Positions 22,185-34,040 are shown, numbered from the stretch's first letter. The stretch: 64,000 bases of DNA from Felis catus (GCF_018350175.1 NC_058379.1:81096001-81160000), one strand, 5' to 3'. Translations and numbers: made by a program. The notes: a model not told the origin generated them from the sequence alone.

Positions 22185-22666
22185 GCTCAAAATCTAGTTT
22201 TATTAAGTAAGGTGTAAATACTCAAAATATTTGCTATTAAGTACATGTTTCTCAAGGTACATTTGTTTTCAATCAGTTACAGTATCCCTGAACCTAACAT
22301 CCAACATAGTCCTTTTCCTGTCCTTGTGCTGTGCCCACATAGAATGTGTCCTCTCCTGCAGGAATGGTTGAGCACAAAAAGTGGAAAATGCTCCCCATTC
22401 CCTCCAAAAGAAAGAGCCATTTGTGCAGGCTTGCTGGGGGGCGGGGGGGAGGGTGGTCCAAACCAGGTTTTGCCATTCTTGGCTCATTACCCCCTCTAGG
22501 TTATGAAACAGAAAGTATGGGTTAATGCACAAAGGTGTAGTGAGTATTTAGAGGAGGGAAGGGATTAATGTCTCTTTAAGCCAAGTGTTCAGGGAGCTTG
22601 AAATGTCTCCTGGAATTTGGAAAGCACCAAAACTTCGGATTTACTCTTGCCTGGGATGCTCTAATC

Positions 22667-22845
22667 CAGTGGTTTTCAACCAGGGGCAGTTCTGTCCCCT
22701 AGGGACATTTTGTTGTCACAACTAGGGTGGGGTGCTGCTGGCATCTAGTGGGTAAAGGCCAAGAATTCTCAATATTCTACCATGCCCAGAACATTCCAGA
22801 GCAGAGAATGGCCAACACTGAGCACTGCTGAGGGTGAGGAAGCTG
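22667..22845 (+). mobile_element. MER20-like hAT MITE
   Basis: CAGTGGTTTTCAACCAGGGGCAGTT...GGGACATTTTGTTGTCACAACT...GGCATCTAGTGGGTAAAGGCCA. Confidence 0.6.
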
Positions 22846-23743
22846 GGACCCTATCTAAAGAACAGATGCTGGGGAGGGGTCCCCCAGGCAGAGCAGGGAG
22901 AAGGGGGTGCAGGGGGCATGCAGAGAGGGTGCCTGCTGTCAGCGGCAGTGACACGTGCAGGGGGCCACGCTGGAGTATTTTAAGATTCTGCTCAAAGGTC
23001 CGCCCAGTGAAGGTGTGCGTTCTCCCGGGAGCCCACGGGAGTGTCCTGTGAGAAAGAGGCACCTCTCGCCCTAGAGTCCAATTGCACCAGTGAGGCGAGG
23101 TCCTTCCCTTCTCCCCTTCCCTCTCCTTCCTCCCCTCGCCCTGCAAGTTGCGTATTATAAGGAGCAGGAGAAGAGCAGGGTGGGTAAGTGGTGGGGAAGC
23201 CTCCCTCCACTTCCATCCTCTGTGGGTTCGTGAGCCCCAACAGACCCCAAGCTGTGATGGATGGAGACTCTGAAGTTCTGATTTAGCAGAATTCTGGGCT
23301 TTTTCACTTCTGAAAATGTCTTCATTAATACATGAAAGTGACCGGAGAGGCATCAGTCTAGGGCATTTGGTTTAGGGGGTGCGAAGGACAATGGTGCAGC
23401 GCGGACTTGAGAAGGCATCAGAAGGGAAGCAGTAAGTGCCTGGTTCACCAATAAACCCGTTACGGGTATATTACCTCATTTAATCATGGCAACAGACGTA
23501 TGAGGAGGAAACCACAATCCTGTCTTATAAGTGAGGATACTGAGACACGGAATGGGTACATCACCAGGGCAAGGGCACAGAGCTGATGAGAGCTGATGGC
23601 CAGATTGGAACTCCTGCAGACTGAGTTCAGAACCAGGGCTCTGACCTCGCTGCCACCAACTTCCGCCTGGCATTGCCCCTGGCGAGCGGCCACTGCAGGT
23701 GCCTGGAAGAATTCCTCCCTCCTCTGGACCTTCTCTATTTTGG

Positions 23744-24067
23744 AGTTCCCAGAGGTTTGTCTCTTCCTGCCAGGTTTTGCTGTCAGCTCAAATGTGCCCA
23801 GGTGTAACCGGCTCAGTTGGGTACATTGATAGAACATCCTCTACAGGCCAGGTGTTGTATGTGAAAGTCTTTATGGATGTTACTCATTTGCGTATTCTTA
23901 TAATAACCCTAGAGTTAGGCGCGATGCCCATATATTTCAGGAGGAAATATGGGCTTAGAGGAATTGGGCAAAGCATCCAAATCGGTGATTGGCAGAGTAT
24001 GTGTGCAGCTCTGTCTGACCCCAGAGCCTACGGTCCTTCCGCGGTGACTTATGGTCCTTGGACCATG
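23744..24067 (+). repeat. Inverted repeat arm 1 (324 bp; partner 25600-25923)
   Basis: Base-by-base comparison with the reverse complement of 25600-25923: 313/324 identical, 11 transitions, no indels; contains a MIR-like fragment. Confidence 0.97.
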
Positions 24068-24158
24068 TGGGGCCATGTGGGGCTCAAACTCATGAACTGT
24101 GAGATCATGACCTGAGCCAAAGTCAGATGCTCAACCGACTGAGCCCCCCAGGCGCACC
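24063..24158 (-). mobile_element. 5' half of a CanSINE split by an inversion breakpoint
   Basis: - strand reads GGTGCGCCTGGGGGGCTCAGTCGG...TTTGAGCCCCACATGG then stops; upstream flank AAAAATGAAATTTTGT (24174-24159). Confidence 0.9.
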
Positions 24159-24489
24159 ACAAAATTTCATTTTTAACATAAATCGAACAAGATCGTCCTT
24201 GAAGCAAATTTAATGGAATTCATCAAGTAAGAATTGTTAATGGAATCAAATGCACTGAGGTTAATAGTATGGGTTCTGAGTCCAAGAGTGAGGGTGTCCA
24301 TCTTCGTAACACAATCTAGCAGCCACATGCGCTCAGCAAGTTTCTTCTGTGTCTCTAAAGCCTCAATTCCTTTAGCCGGTCCTCAGGACTGTTGTGGAAG
24401 CTGAATTAAAATACATGTTATGCTTAGCACAGTACCCAGCTCCTAACTGGCAGTGGGGTTGATAAAAGTAAGAGTTGAAAAAAATGCTC

Positions 24490-24662
24490 ATTAATAATAA
24501 TTATTTAATAATAATGGTACTAGTAATAATATACTAGCACTATTTATAAAATATTATTATTATAATTACAGTAATAATTATAATGTAATTATACTTTTTT
24601 ATACATTTAATTATACATTATTATACATTATATACATGTATATATATAATATATACATTAGT
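24490..24662. repeat. AT-rich low-complexity tract
   Basis: (TAA)n/(TA)n-like sequence almost devoid of G and C. Confidence 0.85.
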
Positions 24663-24672
24663 ATAACTCATT

Positions 24673-24720
24673 TGCATGAGTTAGTGCAAAGCCATCCAGA
24701 GGGAGCCTGCCCCAGTGCAT
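24673..24720 (+). repeat. 48-bp direct repeat copy 1 (partner 25555-25602)
   Basis: TGCAT(G/T)AGTTAGTGCAAAGCCATCCAGAGGGAGCCTGCCCC(A/C)GTGCAT, 46/48 identical. Confidence 0.95.
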
Positions 24721-24834
24721 TCCTCCAGTGGAGAGCCACTTTGGAAAACTGGCTGAATATTTGCATATGGGTCAGTAATTCCATTTCCCAAGTATGTGTG
24801 TGTATAAATATATACAAGTTATATATATATATAT

Positions 24835-25026
24835 TTTTTTTTTTTAAGAGAGAGAGAGAGTGTGCGAGTGGGGGGCACACAGGGAGAGGGAGAGGGAATC
24901 CCAAGCAGGATCCACTTGGGAGACGGTGTGGAGTCTGATGCAGGGCTCGATCCCACAACCGTGAGATCATGACTTGAGCAGAAATCAAGAGTTGGATGCT
25001 TACTCGACTGAGCCACCAGGGGCCCC
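24835..25026 (-). mobile_element. CanSINE inside the inverted segment
   Basis: poly-T/(GA)n, GAATCCCAAGCAGG, head ...GAGCCACCAGGGGCCCC. Confidence 0.88.
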
Positions 25027-25554
25027 TGTAAGTTATATTTGTATGTGCCCTCCTTATACACGGCCATTACAAGGCAGCTCTGGGTCAGCCCCGCAGCCCT
25101 GGACACAGATATCATCAGGCCGCCTGGTGCCAGGACCCCCCCATCCAGCCAGTTTCAATCTGGACTCCTGCTGTTTCCTTCTGGTTCCACATGCACTCTG
25201 AGCCTCGTGTGCAACACTTCATTCTCCTAACAGGACCACCGAGCACGTGCTTCTTTCTGTGGGGTCCCTGCCCTCTCTCTCTTTCCACATCTGGACTAAG
25301 GCTCCAGGCCCTTCTGAAATCCCCTCTCCTTCCCACTGCTTTCTGGGTGCAGCCACCTCAGCAGAGAGACACTACCCTGTCACTGAGTGCCAGTGAGCCT
25401 ATGCAGCCCCTCAGGGCAGGGGAGAGGTGCTCCTGGTGTCCTGGTGAAGACCAGCGCAGGGACTAACCAAGAAGTTTTGTTCTGTTCTGTGTCCTTAAAG
25501 GACAAGAGACAGGCATTGCTTTGGCAACACTGGGTGGCCAGAGGTCCCATGTGA

Positions 25555-25602
25555 TGCATTAGTTAGTGCAAAGCCATCCAGAGGGAGCCTGCCCCCGTGC
25601 AT
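25555..25602 (+). repeat. 48-bp direct repeat copy 2, abutting inverted repeat arm 2
   Basis: 46/48 identical to 24673-24720; last 3 nt (CAT) shared with the start of arm 2. Confidence 0.95.
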
Positions 25603-25923
25603 GGTTCAAGGGCCGTAAGTCACCACAGAAGGACCGTAGGCTCTGGGGTCAGACAGAGCCGCACACATACTCTGCCAATCACCAATTTGGATACTTTGCC
25701 CAATTCCTCTAAGCCCATATTTCCTTCTGAAATATATGGGCATCGCGCCTAACTCTAGGGTTATTGTAAGAATACGCAAATGAGTAACATCCATAAAGAC
25801 TTTCACATACAACACCTGGCCCGTAGAGGATGTTCTATCAATGTACCCAACTGAGCCGGTTACACCTGGGCACATTTGAGCTGACAGCAAAACCTGGCAG
25901 GAAGAGACAAACCTCTGGGAACT
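25600..25923 (-). repeat. Inverted repeat arm 2 (324 bp; partner 23744-24067)
   Basis: See arm 1; ORF-track peptides at 23699-24115 (+) and 25606-25890 (-) are near-identical as a result. Confidence 0.97.
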
Positions 25924-26027
25924 GACAGCACAGAGCCCGTTTCAGATCCTCTGTCCCTCTCTGTCTCTGCCCCTCCCCCACTCATGCTTGCTCTTTCTCT
26001 CTCAAAAATAAATAAGCATTAAAAAAA
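25922..26027 (+). mobile_element. 3' half of the split CanSINE
   Basis: Begins abruptly at CTGACAGCACAGAGCCC, runs through (CT)n to the A-tail; downstream flank AAAAATGAAATATTGT (26023-26038) matches the 5'-half flank at 15/16. Confidence 0.9.
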
Positions 26028-26969
26028 TGAAATATTGTGTTAAATGTAAGACAAACGAATGTAGGTAAAGATAAACCTTAGCTAAATATTTCCCTCAGTA
26101 AGCAAACCTTGTAGGAATGTTTACTTTTCAAGCATTTCTGGGTAAATGTAATCTATTTTTTAACAGTTCGGAGCTCTTTCCTCGGGGGTCATATTCAGTC
26201 ACCTGTATGCCATTTGCTCTTCCTACCGGATTTGAAAGGCTTCCCTGTTTTAGTTTTTCGCTCTTAGACCTGAAACTGCTTCCACAGCATTCTTGCCCTC
26301 AGCCCCACCCCACGGCCACAGAGGATTTAGTAGATGGGCGTGTCCCTGCTCACAGGTTTCTCTCCCTGTTTCCACCCTCTGGCCCGACTGTAATAGCAGC
26401 TCCAGTCTGTGGGGGCTTTCAAGTGAGCGGATCAAAGTGTGCTACTGATAGGGAATGACTCTTCCTGACCCAAGTCCTGGAACAGAATAAGTAGACGGCG
26501 CTATTCTCCGTTAGAGACACGGTAGGTACAGCCGTGTCACTGGAACTCCTCACTGCCTTTTAGGAGCCTTACCAGACCCCGGCAGTCGGACTGAGTCCTC
26601 TCTATCTCTACCATAAGCTCCGTGCCTTCCATAAACAGTAAATATTAATACATACTTCTGATTGATGGGAAAAGAGCATCTGATTCTGCAGGTAATCCAC
26701 CCGTTTGAGTTGTTTTGCTCTCTCAGAACTAACAACGCCTTCTTTGCTGACTTAAAAAAAAATCATTCGCACTTCTGAAATGAGTCTGGAGGATCAATAG
26801 TTCTGTGGGGATGAGATGATGCTATGAAAATAGGAATCCATGCTTAAAAAGTCGTGCACAGATTGTGTTGAATGAGATGAAAGAGGTTCCTGCAGTACTT
26901 TCTAAGCTTTTGAGAGGTCAGTGGGCTTTGTAACTCTCTGGGGAAGCATGTGGGACCTTGCTTCTTAAA

Positions 26970-27167
26970 TTTATTCATTTTTAAAATGTTTATTCATTTA
27001 TTTTGAGGGAGGAAGGCAGAGAGAGAGAGGGATGAGAAGGAATCCCAAGCAGGCTTTGTGCTGTCAGTACAGAGCCCAACTCAGGGCTTGATCCCATGAA
27101 CCGTGAGATCATGACCTGAGCAGAAATCAAGAGTTGGTCACTTAACTGACTGAGCCACCCAGGTGCC
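26970..27167 (-). mobile_element. CanSINE
   Basis: Tail, GAATCCCAAGCAGG, head ...GAGCCACCCAGGTGCC. Confidence 0.88.
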
Positions 27168-28249
27168 GCCTTGTTGCTTCAATTTCAATGAACCCTACAC
27201 GTGCTAGTTACACTCTATCTTGGAGGGCTATTGTTTCGCGGAGCAAGTTTTGGACAAAGTAAACTTACCTGGAACATCAAGTTGGGGAGAAAAGTCCAGA
27301 TTTGTCAGCTTGCCAGGTGGGCGCTGTGAAAAGAATGCTGGCATGGGGAGCAGGAAGCCTGGATCCCAGCATCCAAGCCATGCACCCTTTCAAAGGCTCA
27401 TGTACTACTTAAATATGAGGGAGAACCTTTATCTCAATGATCTCTTAGATTCCTACTGATGACAGTAAGTCCCCCCCACAGGCCAACACAACTCTTCTCT
27501 ATCGAGGAAGTCCTCACTCATCCATCTATGCAGAGCCAATCACCACCTCCACCCTTGAGAGCATGGTCAAGGAGCTGGCTCTCCTTTTTGTCAATGGGAA
27601 CCAAGGTTGGCCTTTCCAGGATGGAGAGGCATGATTGCCATGGCCCTCTCACTTAGGTAGAGGATGGAAACACCTGACGCAGAGCCTCTTCTGTGCCGAT
27701 TCTAGGACCTCACGTTAGTGGTCAAATGAGTCTTCCCCCAGCACTCCTAGAAAGGAGGTTATTGAGGCAGCCAGAAAGTGTCAAGGCAATGAAACCAGCT
27801 TCTTCTCCTTGGCATCATCTAGTTGTTGTTTTTTTCTGTCTGCTTATAACACAGACCTGGCTCTTTTCCTACGGACCACCCAGTCTTTTCCCCTTTATTT
27901 GGATGTCCCCCAATGCCACTGCGCGTGGTTGTGTGGGTTGCTGGCTGCACAAGGGCACCTCGTGAGAGGGCAAGGGGGCTGACATCAAGCTGGCATTCCC
28001 TTCACAGCACAGTGCGCCAGGGTGTGAGGCTGTGTCAGTCTGAGGAAGAGTCACCTCTTCTGAATTCATACAAAGGTGCTGTACAGGCTAAAGGTGGCCC
28101 TGTTCGGTACTCGGTGACATTTTCAAAAGAAGTAAAAGCATCATCACACCATCATTACTTCTATTATAATTACCATTGTTGACGTCATCATCATCAATTT
28201 AATATTCTACTTTCTTAAGATAACGACGCTTATGTAAAGTCAGGCCAAT

Positions 28250-28460
28250 CAGAAGTAGATAGACTTTCCCTGTGCGCTGTTGGTGGGAAGGTCAAGCGAT
28301 GCAGCTGCCGTGGGAAGCAGGATGGAGGCTCCTCAAAAAACTAAAGCTCGAACTACTGTAATGATCCAGCAATGCCGGGGCTGGGGACTTATCCACAGGA
28401 ATTGAAGTCAGGATCTCGAAGAGATAGTTGCACTCCTAAGTTCACTGGAGCAGTATTCAA
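28250..28460 (+). mobile_element. L1 3' region fragment
   Basis: CTGTTGGTGGGAA...ATGGAGGCTCCTCAAAAAACTAAAG..GAACTAC..ATGATCCAGCAAT. Confidence 0.7.
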
Positions 28461-28472
28461 AATTCCTTTTTC

Positions 28473-28697
28473 TTTTTTTTAAATTTTTTTTCAACGTTTT
28501 TTATTTATTTTTGGGACAGAGAGAGACAGAGCATGAAAGGGGGAGGGGCAGAGAGAGAGGGAGACACAGAATCAGAAACAGGCTCCAGGCTCTGAGCCAT
28601 CAGCCCAGAGCCTGACGCGGGGCTCGAACTCCCGGACCGCGAGATCGTGACCTGGCTGAAGTCGGACGCTTAACCGACTACGCCACCCAGGCGCCCC
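28473..28697 (-). mobile_element. Young CanSINE (Fc1-like)
   Basis: Diagnostic motifs; perfect 16-bp TSD TCAAAATTCCTTTTTC (28457-28472, 28698-28713). Confidence 0.95.
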
Positions 28698-29554
28698 TCA
28701 AAATTCCTTTTTCAAGAGCCTGGTGTTGATCCCTAAGTTTGATCAAACACCGAAGGCAGGTCATGGGGAGCTGACATGAGCTGTGTTCTCCTGCCCTTAA
28801 TTCTTATTCTTTGCTGACTGTGGAAAAAGCAGAAACTAAATGGGTAGGGTAATTAGGTCGATGGCTTTCCAGGTAGAGAACAGGTTTTCCCATTCTTGGC
28901 GAGGCATCATTACAAAGTTGCTGGCCAGAGAGTGAGCCTGCCTGAGCTGGGTAAGTGGCCATCCTGAGCGTCGTTCTTTTGCCATAAAATAAATCCCAGC
29001 GGGAATTCAAGCACTAATGATGGAGTTACAATAGGCAGTGAATAAGCTTTATGCTTCTGTTGTCAATAATTTTAAGTGCACCAGGCTCAGTAATGAATTT
29101 CTTTTTTTTAAATCAAATTGTCTCGAGCATCCAACAGGCAAAGACGCTTGCTGCCCTAACGAAACTTCCTAAGTGGGCGATCATTTCCTATCTCCGTCTT
29201 GTCCACAAAGTTATCAATAAAATTTTCATCAACTCAATCATTCAATTATTCATTTGATAGACATTGATTGTGTTGGACACTGGACAAAATGTGGGAAATC
29301 AAGACACAGAGGCCATAGTCACACAGGAAATGAGCAGCCACTGGTTAGGAGGAGGTAATCAGGGAGACCTCTGAGCACAGATGGAGGGCTCCCAGCCCAG
29401 CCCAGGGATCCTCCAGAATCCAAACTGAGTTTTAAAGGACAAGTAGGCATTATGTAGATGAGGAAAGTAAGGGAGGGAACAGTACTTGCAAAGCAGAGAG
29501 GCAGGGGATTAGGCTAGTTGTTGGGTGGTAGGGGTGTGAAAACCCGTGAGAACA

Positions 29555-29680
29555 TTGGCAGTTTACTTCACTTAGCATAATGCCCTCAAGAGCCATCCAT
29601 GTTGTTGCAGAAGGCAAGATTTCCTTCTTCTTATGGCTGAATAGTATTCCATTGTATATAAACACATCCCATTGAGAAGG
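29555..29680 (-). mobile_element. L1 3' UTR fragment
   Basis: TTCACTTAGCATAATGCCCTCAAG..CCATCCATGTTGTTGCA...GGCTGAATAGTATTCCATTGT. Confidence 0.75.
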
Positions 29681-29867
29681 CACTTTTATGGGGCACTTTG
29701 GGATATGTTTTTTTCATTCATATTCATGTGACTATTTTTCTAAATTAATGAACTTGTTTTCAGTTCCACGTTTTTTGTGTGCAGAGGCCAAGTGAAGCAA
29801 TAGCTTTGGATGTATTGGTTCCATTAGCAGAAGAATGCCTCGGTTAAATGATGTCATCTTAAAACAA

Positions 29868-30085
29868 TTCTTTTAATGTTCATTTATTTTTGAGAGAGAG
29901 AGAGACAGAGAGATAGAGTGCAAGTGGGGGGAGGAGCAGAGAGAGAGGGAGACACAGAATCAGAAGCAGGCTCTAGGCTCTGAGCTGTCAGCAAAGAGCC
30001 TGATGTGGGTCTTGAACCCACGAACCAAGAGATCATGACCTGAGCTGAAGTCAGATGCTTACTGACTGAGCCATCTGGACGTCCC
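29868..30085 (-). mobile_element. CanSINE
   Basis: Full body; TSD AAATGATGTCA(T/G)CTT. Confidence 0.92.
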
Positions 30086-30628
30086 AAATGATGTCAGCTT
30101 TATATCAGTGTCTCCAGCTGCTTCAAATAGAAAATCGTTTATGTTAATTTCAACAACGGTTCTCTTTTCCTTTTGTCTGGTTCATAAGCTTTTCGGATTT
30201 CAATTTATCAAATGAAAAACTCCTGACATTCTTATGAACTCCACTGTCAATTTAGTTAAAAGGCTCAGCATTAAAGATAAAATTATTTTTATACTGATGG
30301 CATAAATAGAAACTTTGGTGGACCTCAATGTTTTAATGAAAACAACTTTCTCTCCTAAGTGAAAAAAGCCTCTTAAAATAGCAATAGACTTGGGATTGTG
30401 TGTGGTGTTCATAAAATTTATAAGGGTGTCCAAATATGCTGTGTTACTCTACCAAAATAGAAGTTGCAGTTGTAAAAATTTATAGATTTTTAAATACACA
30501 CAGAGTAACTACCGAATTTTTGTGACACCATCATCAATGGGAATTTGGAAAAGCTTGATATAACTGGGGTGCAGGGGGGTAAGAGCGTCTGGGCCTAGGG
30601 GGGCCCAAACAGACCAGATTTAGCCATT

Positions 30629-31034
30629 TGCCGCAGACAAAATCCAAAGGCGGAGAGATGAGGGGTGGTGAAACAGAAAGGAATTTATTTCAGTGAGGCC
30701 AACACCTGGGAAACAGTAAACCAGCGTCTCAAAGATTGTGCTCCAAAGTGCCAACAATACTTCCGGGTTTATACAAGGAAAATGTGGGACGAAGGTTGGT
30801 GGCTACATGCAGGTGGGCTGTAAAAAAGTTGATCATTGTCTTGGGGTCAAGCATATGGGGTCTTGCAGGCTCAGGACGGTCCTTATTGCTTGAGAGGGTA
30901 GTTTCGGCTCCCATCAGGGGATGCTTTGCCCGCCATGTCTTTGGCCTTTCCAGCCTGAGATAAGCTGGACAGAACTTAATCAGTTAGAAAGTACAGACTG
31001 AGGTCGACATGGAGGTAGTTGACGTCGTCTTTCA
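30629..31034 (-). mobile_element. ERV1-type solo LTR
   Basis: On - strand: TGAAAG start, TATAAA (30773-30768), AATAAA (30689-30684), ...GCGGCA end. Confidence 0.55.
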
Positions 31035-32034
31035 TTGAGTCCGTGAAGGGCTATGTTGTAAACCAACTCAAGTTCTCCTTATGTCCGCGTCTTAAGGTTT
31101 TGTTCTTGGTTTCGGCAAGTGGATTCTTTACCGTTTGGTTGTGTTTTGTTCACTACTCGCTGGAAGTCTCTGATCAAAGCATTTAAGGAACAGCGCATCC
31201 CCAAACCTCAGCTTTTGATACTTTTGGCTAACTGCAATTACTGAACATAAAACCTGCAGACAGGAAAGCATTTAAATTAATTACTGAAGAAGAAAGGGGG
31301 AGCTGACTACATTTAGGAACAAGAGTTGCTCAAAGGTGTATAAGACTTAAATTCAGAATTCTGTAACTGCCCTTTAGAAGATCTCAACTTGTGGGAAGAA
31401 TCCTTTGATAGAGCTTGGATTTTTAATTCTATATCCATTTATATTTTCATACCAGGATAGAATAAAGGTGAGACCCTCAGTTTTGCATAATCTAAATTTG
31501 GTGGTATGTTCAAAGAGATCCACAGAGATAACTTATTCGACACGTTTGGCTTGTAGGATAAATGTCCTTTGAGTCAAGGCAAAGACACTGTACCTGTGAC
31601 ACTATTGGGGCTGGATTACTCTAGTACTGAGATACAGAAAGTTCAAATTGAGAATATTCCTTCACAGAACTAGTTCTGAGCTTACCAGCTACCTTGGCAC
31701 CTGTAGCGAGATGATTTTCTCAATGATATTAATTTTATTAATTATAAGATGCAACTTTGAAGAAGATTTCTGCCGGTTTTATGAAAGAATTAAAAATAAA
31801 TCATATTGAAAAACTACAGTCTTCAGAAAAATACAATTGACACAGGTTTGGAGAGCAGTGCATCTCAAACACTGTTTAAAGTACACAGTAATTATCCCGC
31901 TTGTGTTTATGTTATTATTTTTTTAACACTCAGATAATCAAGTCAAGGGTTTTTTTTTTTCCTTTTTCACATTTTGCTTAGTGTGCATTGACACATATTA
32001 TTTTAAAAGATAATTTTAATTTTGAAAATGGTTT

Positions 32035-32235
32035 TATTTTTAAGTTTACTTTTATTTATTTTGAGAGAGAGATAGAGAGCAAGTGGGGGAGGGTCAGAGA
32101 GAGAGAGAATCCCAAGCGGGTTCCGCACTGTCAGCACAGAGCTCAACTTGGAGCTCAAACTCATGAACCGTGAGATCATGACCTGAGCCAAAATCAAGAG
32201 CTGGACCCTTAACCGACTGAGCCACCCAGGTGTGC
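32035..32235 (-). mobile_element. CanSINE
   Basis: Tail, (GA)n, GAATCCCAAGC, head ...GAGCCACCCAGGTG. Confidence 0.88.
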
Positions 32236-33379
32236 TGAAAATAGCTTTTGTGTAGAACTACTTTAAGGATCCACCAATAAAATAAAACCCGTTTGGCAGT
32301 CAAAGAAAGACGTCATAGATCTACATCTATGCCCTACTCTGTCTGTCTTGAATCATTTTTGGTGCTTTTTTCACTTTCAGAAATGTCTTGGTTTGGAGGA
32401 TTAATCGTATGATCACACTCTTTATGAAAGACAATGTGGAAAAAATGGTTTTCTCCTGAAAGTGTCAGGGGAGAAAGCAGAGAGAAGGAAACCCATGAAA
32501 TGTGGTGGAATTGGCAAAATACCATCAAGACAGGGCTTCTTAATGTCCAGTTTTCATCTCCATGTTGACGTCGAGTGAGGTGTTTTGCTTGTTGTGGTTT
32601 GTGGTGATGTGGGGCTCGTCTTGGTTGTTCTCTCAACGCTGGGACCCTCGACAGGGTTTGTTTTCAATCTGGGGGTGATGCAAACACAGAGATAAAGTTG
32701 AAGATGGGAACCGGTGAGAGGAAGATTCTGGATATCCCGAGGGGTTCCGGAATTTACACAGGTCTTGGGAGAGCGGCGGACGTTCTGCAGGGCGAGGAAC
32801 GGGGATTTCTGATCCAAACATTGTACAGGCACGAAGGAGCAGAGAGACCCCAGGGACACCTCGGTCACAGTTAGTCTGGGTCTGACTGTTCTATGACTTA
32901 CAGTCCCCTCAGAAGCAGGACAGTGTAATGAGGCTACTGGCTTGGGAGCCCACAAGCCAGGTACTCGCCCTAGCTCTCACTGGAGAACTTACATGACTCG
33001 TGGGGAAGCCAAACTTAGTTCTTGTGGCCTATGCTTCCTCTGAAAATATACCTTTAAGATTCTTTCCAACCCCAAGTCAATGTGACCCATGATCAACAAG
33101 CAAGAAAATCGGTCTTCTCCCGGCTGTTCATCTTATCTTCCACGAGATGGCGCTGTTCATCACACTATCTCTGCTGCTCCCGGTCTCAGACCAGCAGTTT
33201 TAACAGCTTTTCTTAAAGACTTAAAACTCCAGCGGTGCCTTGGACCTCCTCCCCCTGCTTCTCTGCGGACGTTCTTGAAGTGCTTTCTTCTCTTTGCTGC
33301 CCAGACACAACACCCTCCAACACTCCCTCTGCCTACCCCTGAAGTGTTAACATTCCTTAAAGTTTTCTTGTGGGGTGCC

Positions 33380-34040
33380 ATTTGTTACCGATAACAGTGA
33401 CTTGGCTTCAGTTATTAGTTCTCTGTTGACCCGCTCTCCAATCTTTATCTCCTGGGTCTTCTTGCTGAGTTCCAGCCACATATCCAACTGCTCCCATGGA
33501 CACCTACAGGTGACACAGACACCCCACACTGAATTCACCCACCCCTCTTTCCCTATGCTCTTTGTAAAACGGCCATACCATCTACCCAGAGGTCCAAATG
33601 GGACTCATATATCATTTTCCACAGTGATTTTCTTCCTTTGCCTGTATCAGGATGACCAACACGACATCCTGGTATCTTTCAAATTCACCCATTATCCTCC
33701 ATGGTCCCTCCTCTGGATACCAGAAACAGAACTCCTAACGTGCATCCTGTCTTTCTTTTCCTCCATCCATTCTTCACAGTGCAGCCACACACACACGTAT
33801 ACAAATATATGCACATATATAGGTATACGTATACACAGATGCATGTATACATCTATATGCCTGCCTAAAGAGATGTTTATAAAGATGTGTATATAAGCAT
33901 ATTTGTTTATTTATATATTGTGTCCACCTCACTCCAGCATAAGGTCCATTAGGGCAGAGATCTTGTCCACTTTGTTGTGTGCTGTGTCTCCAGTGCCTGA
34001 GGCATACTAAGTGCTCAACAAGTATTTGTCGAGTGGCTGC
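33380..34040 (+). mobile_element. L2 fragments
   Basis: TCCAAATCTTTATCTCC-like, CATATCCAACTGC, and 3' end CTCCAGTGCCTG...AAGTGCTCAACAAGTATTTGT motifs. Confidence 0.55.

Noticed and set aside
23699-25890. Two near-identical peptides (+ and - strand) suggesting a duplicated small gene
   Set aside because: They are translations of the 324-bp inverted repeat, which includes MIR-derived sequence; no coding signal.
32560-32830. Short CpG-rich patch ending ...TGATCCAAACA, possibly an LTR end
   Set aside because: Could not identify the other terminus, a TATA/poly(A) pair or a TSD; left unassigned.
33375-33896. 173-aa ORF
   Set aside because: Lies over degenerate L2 sequence and a low-complexity CA/TA tract.
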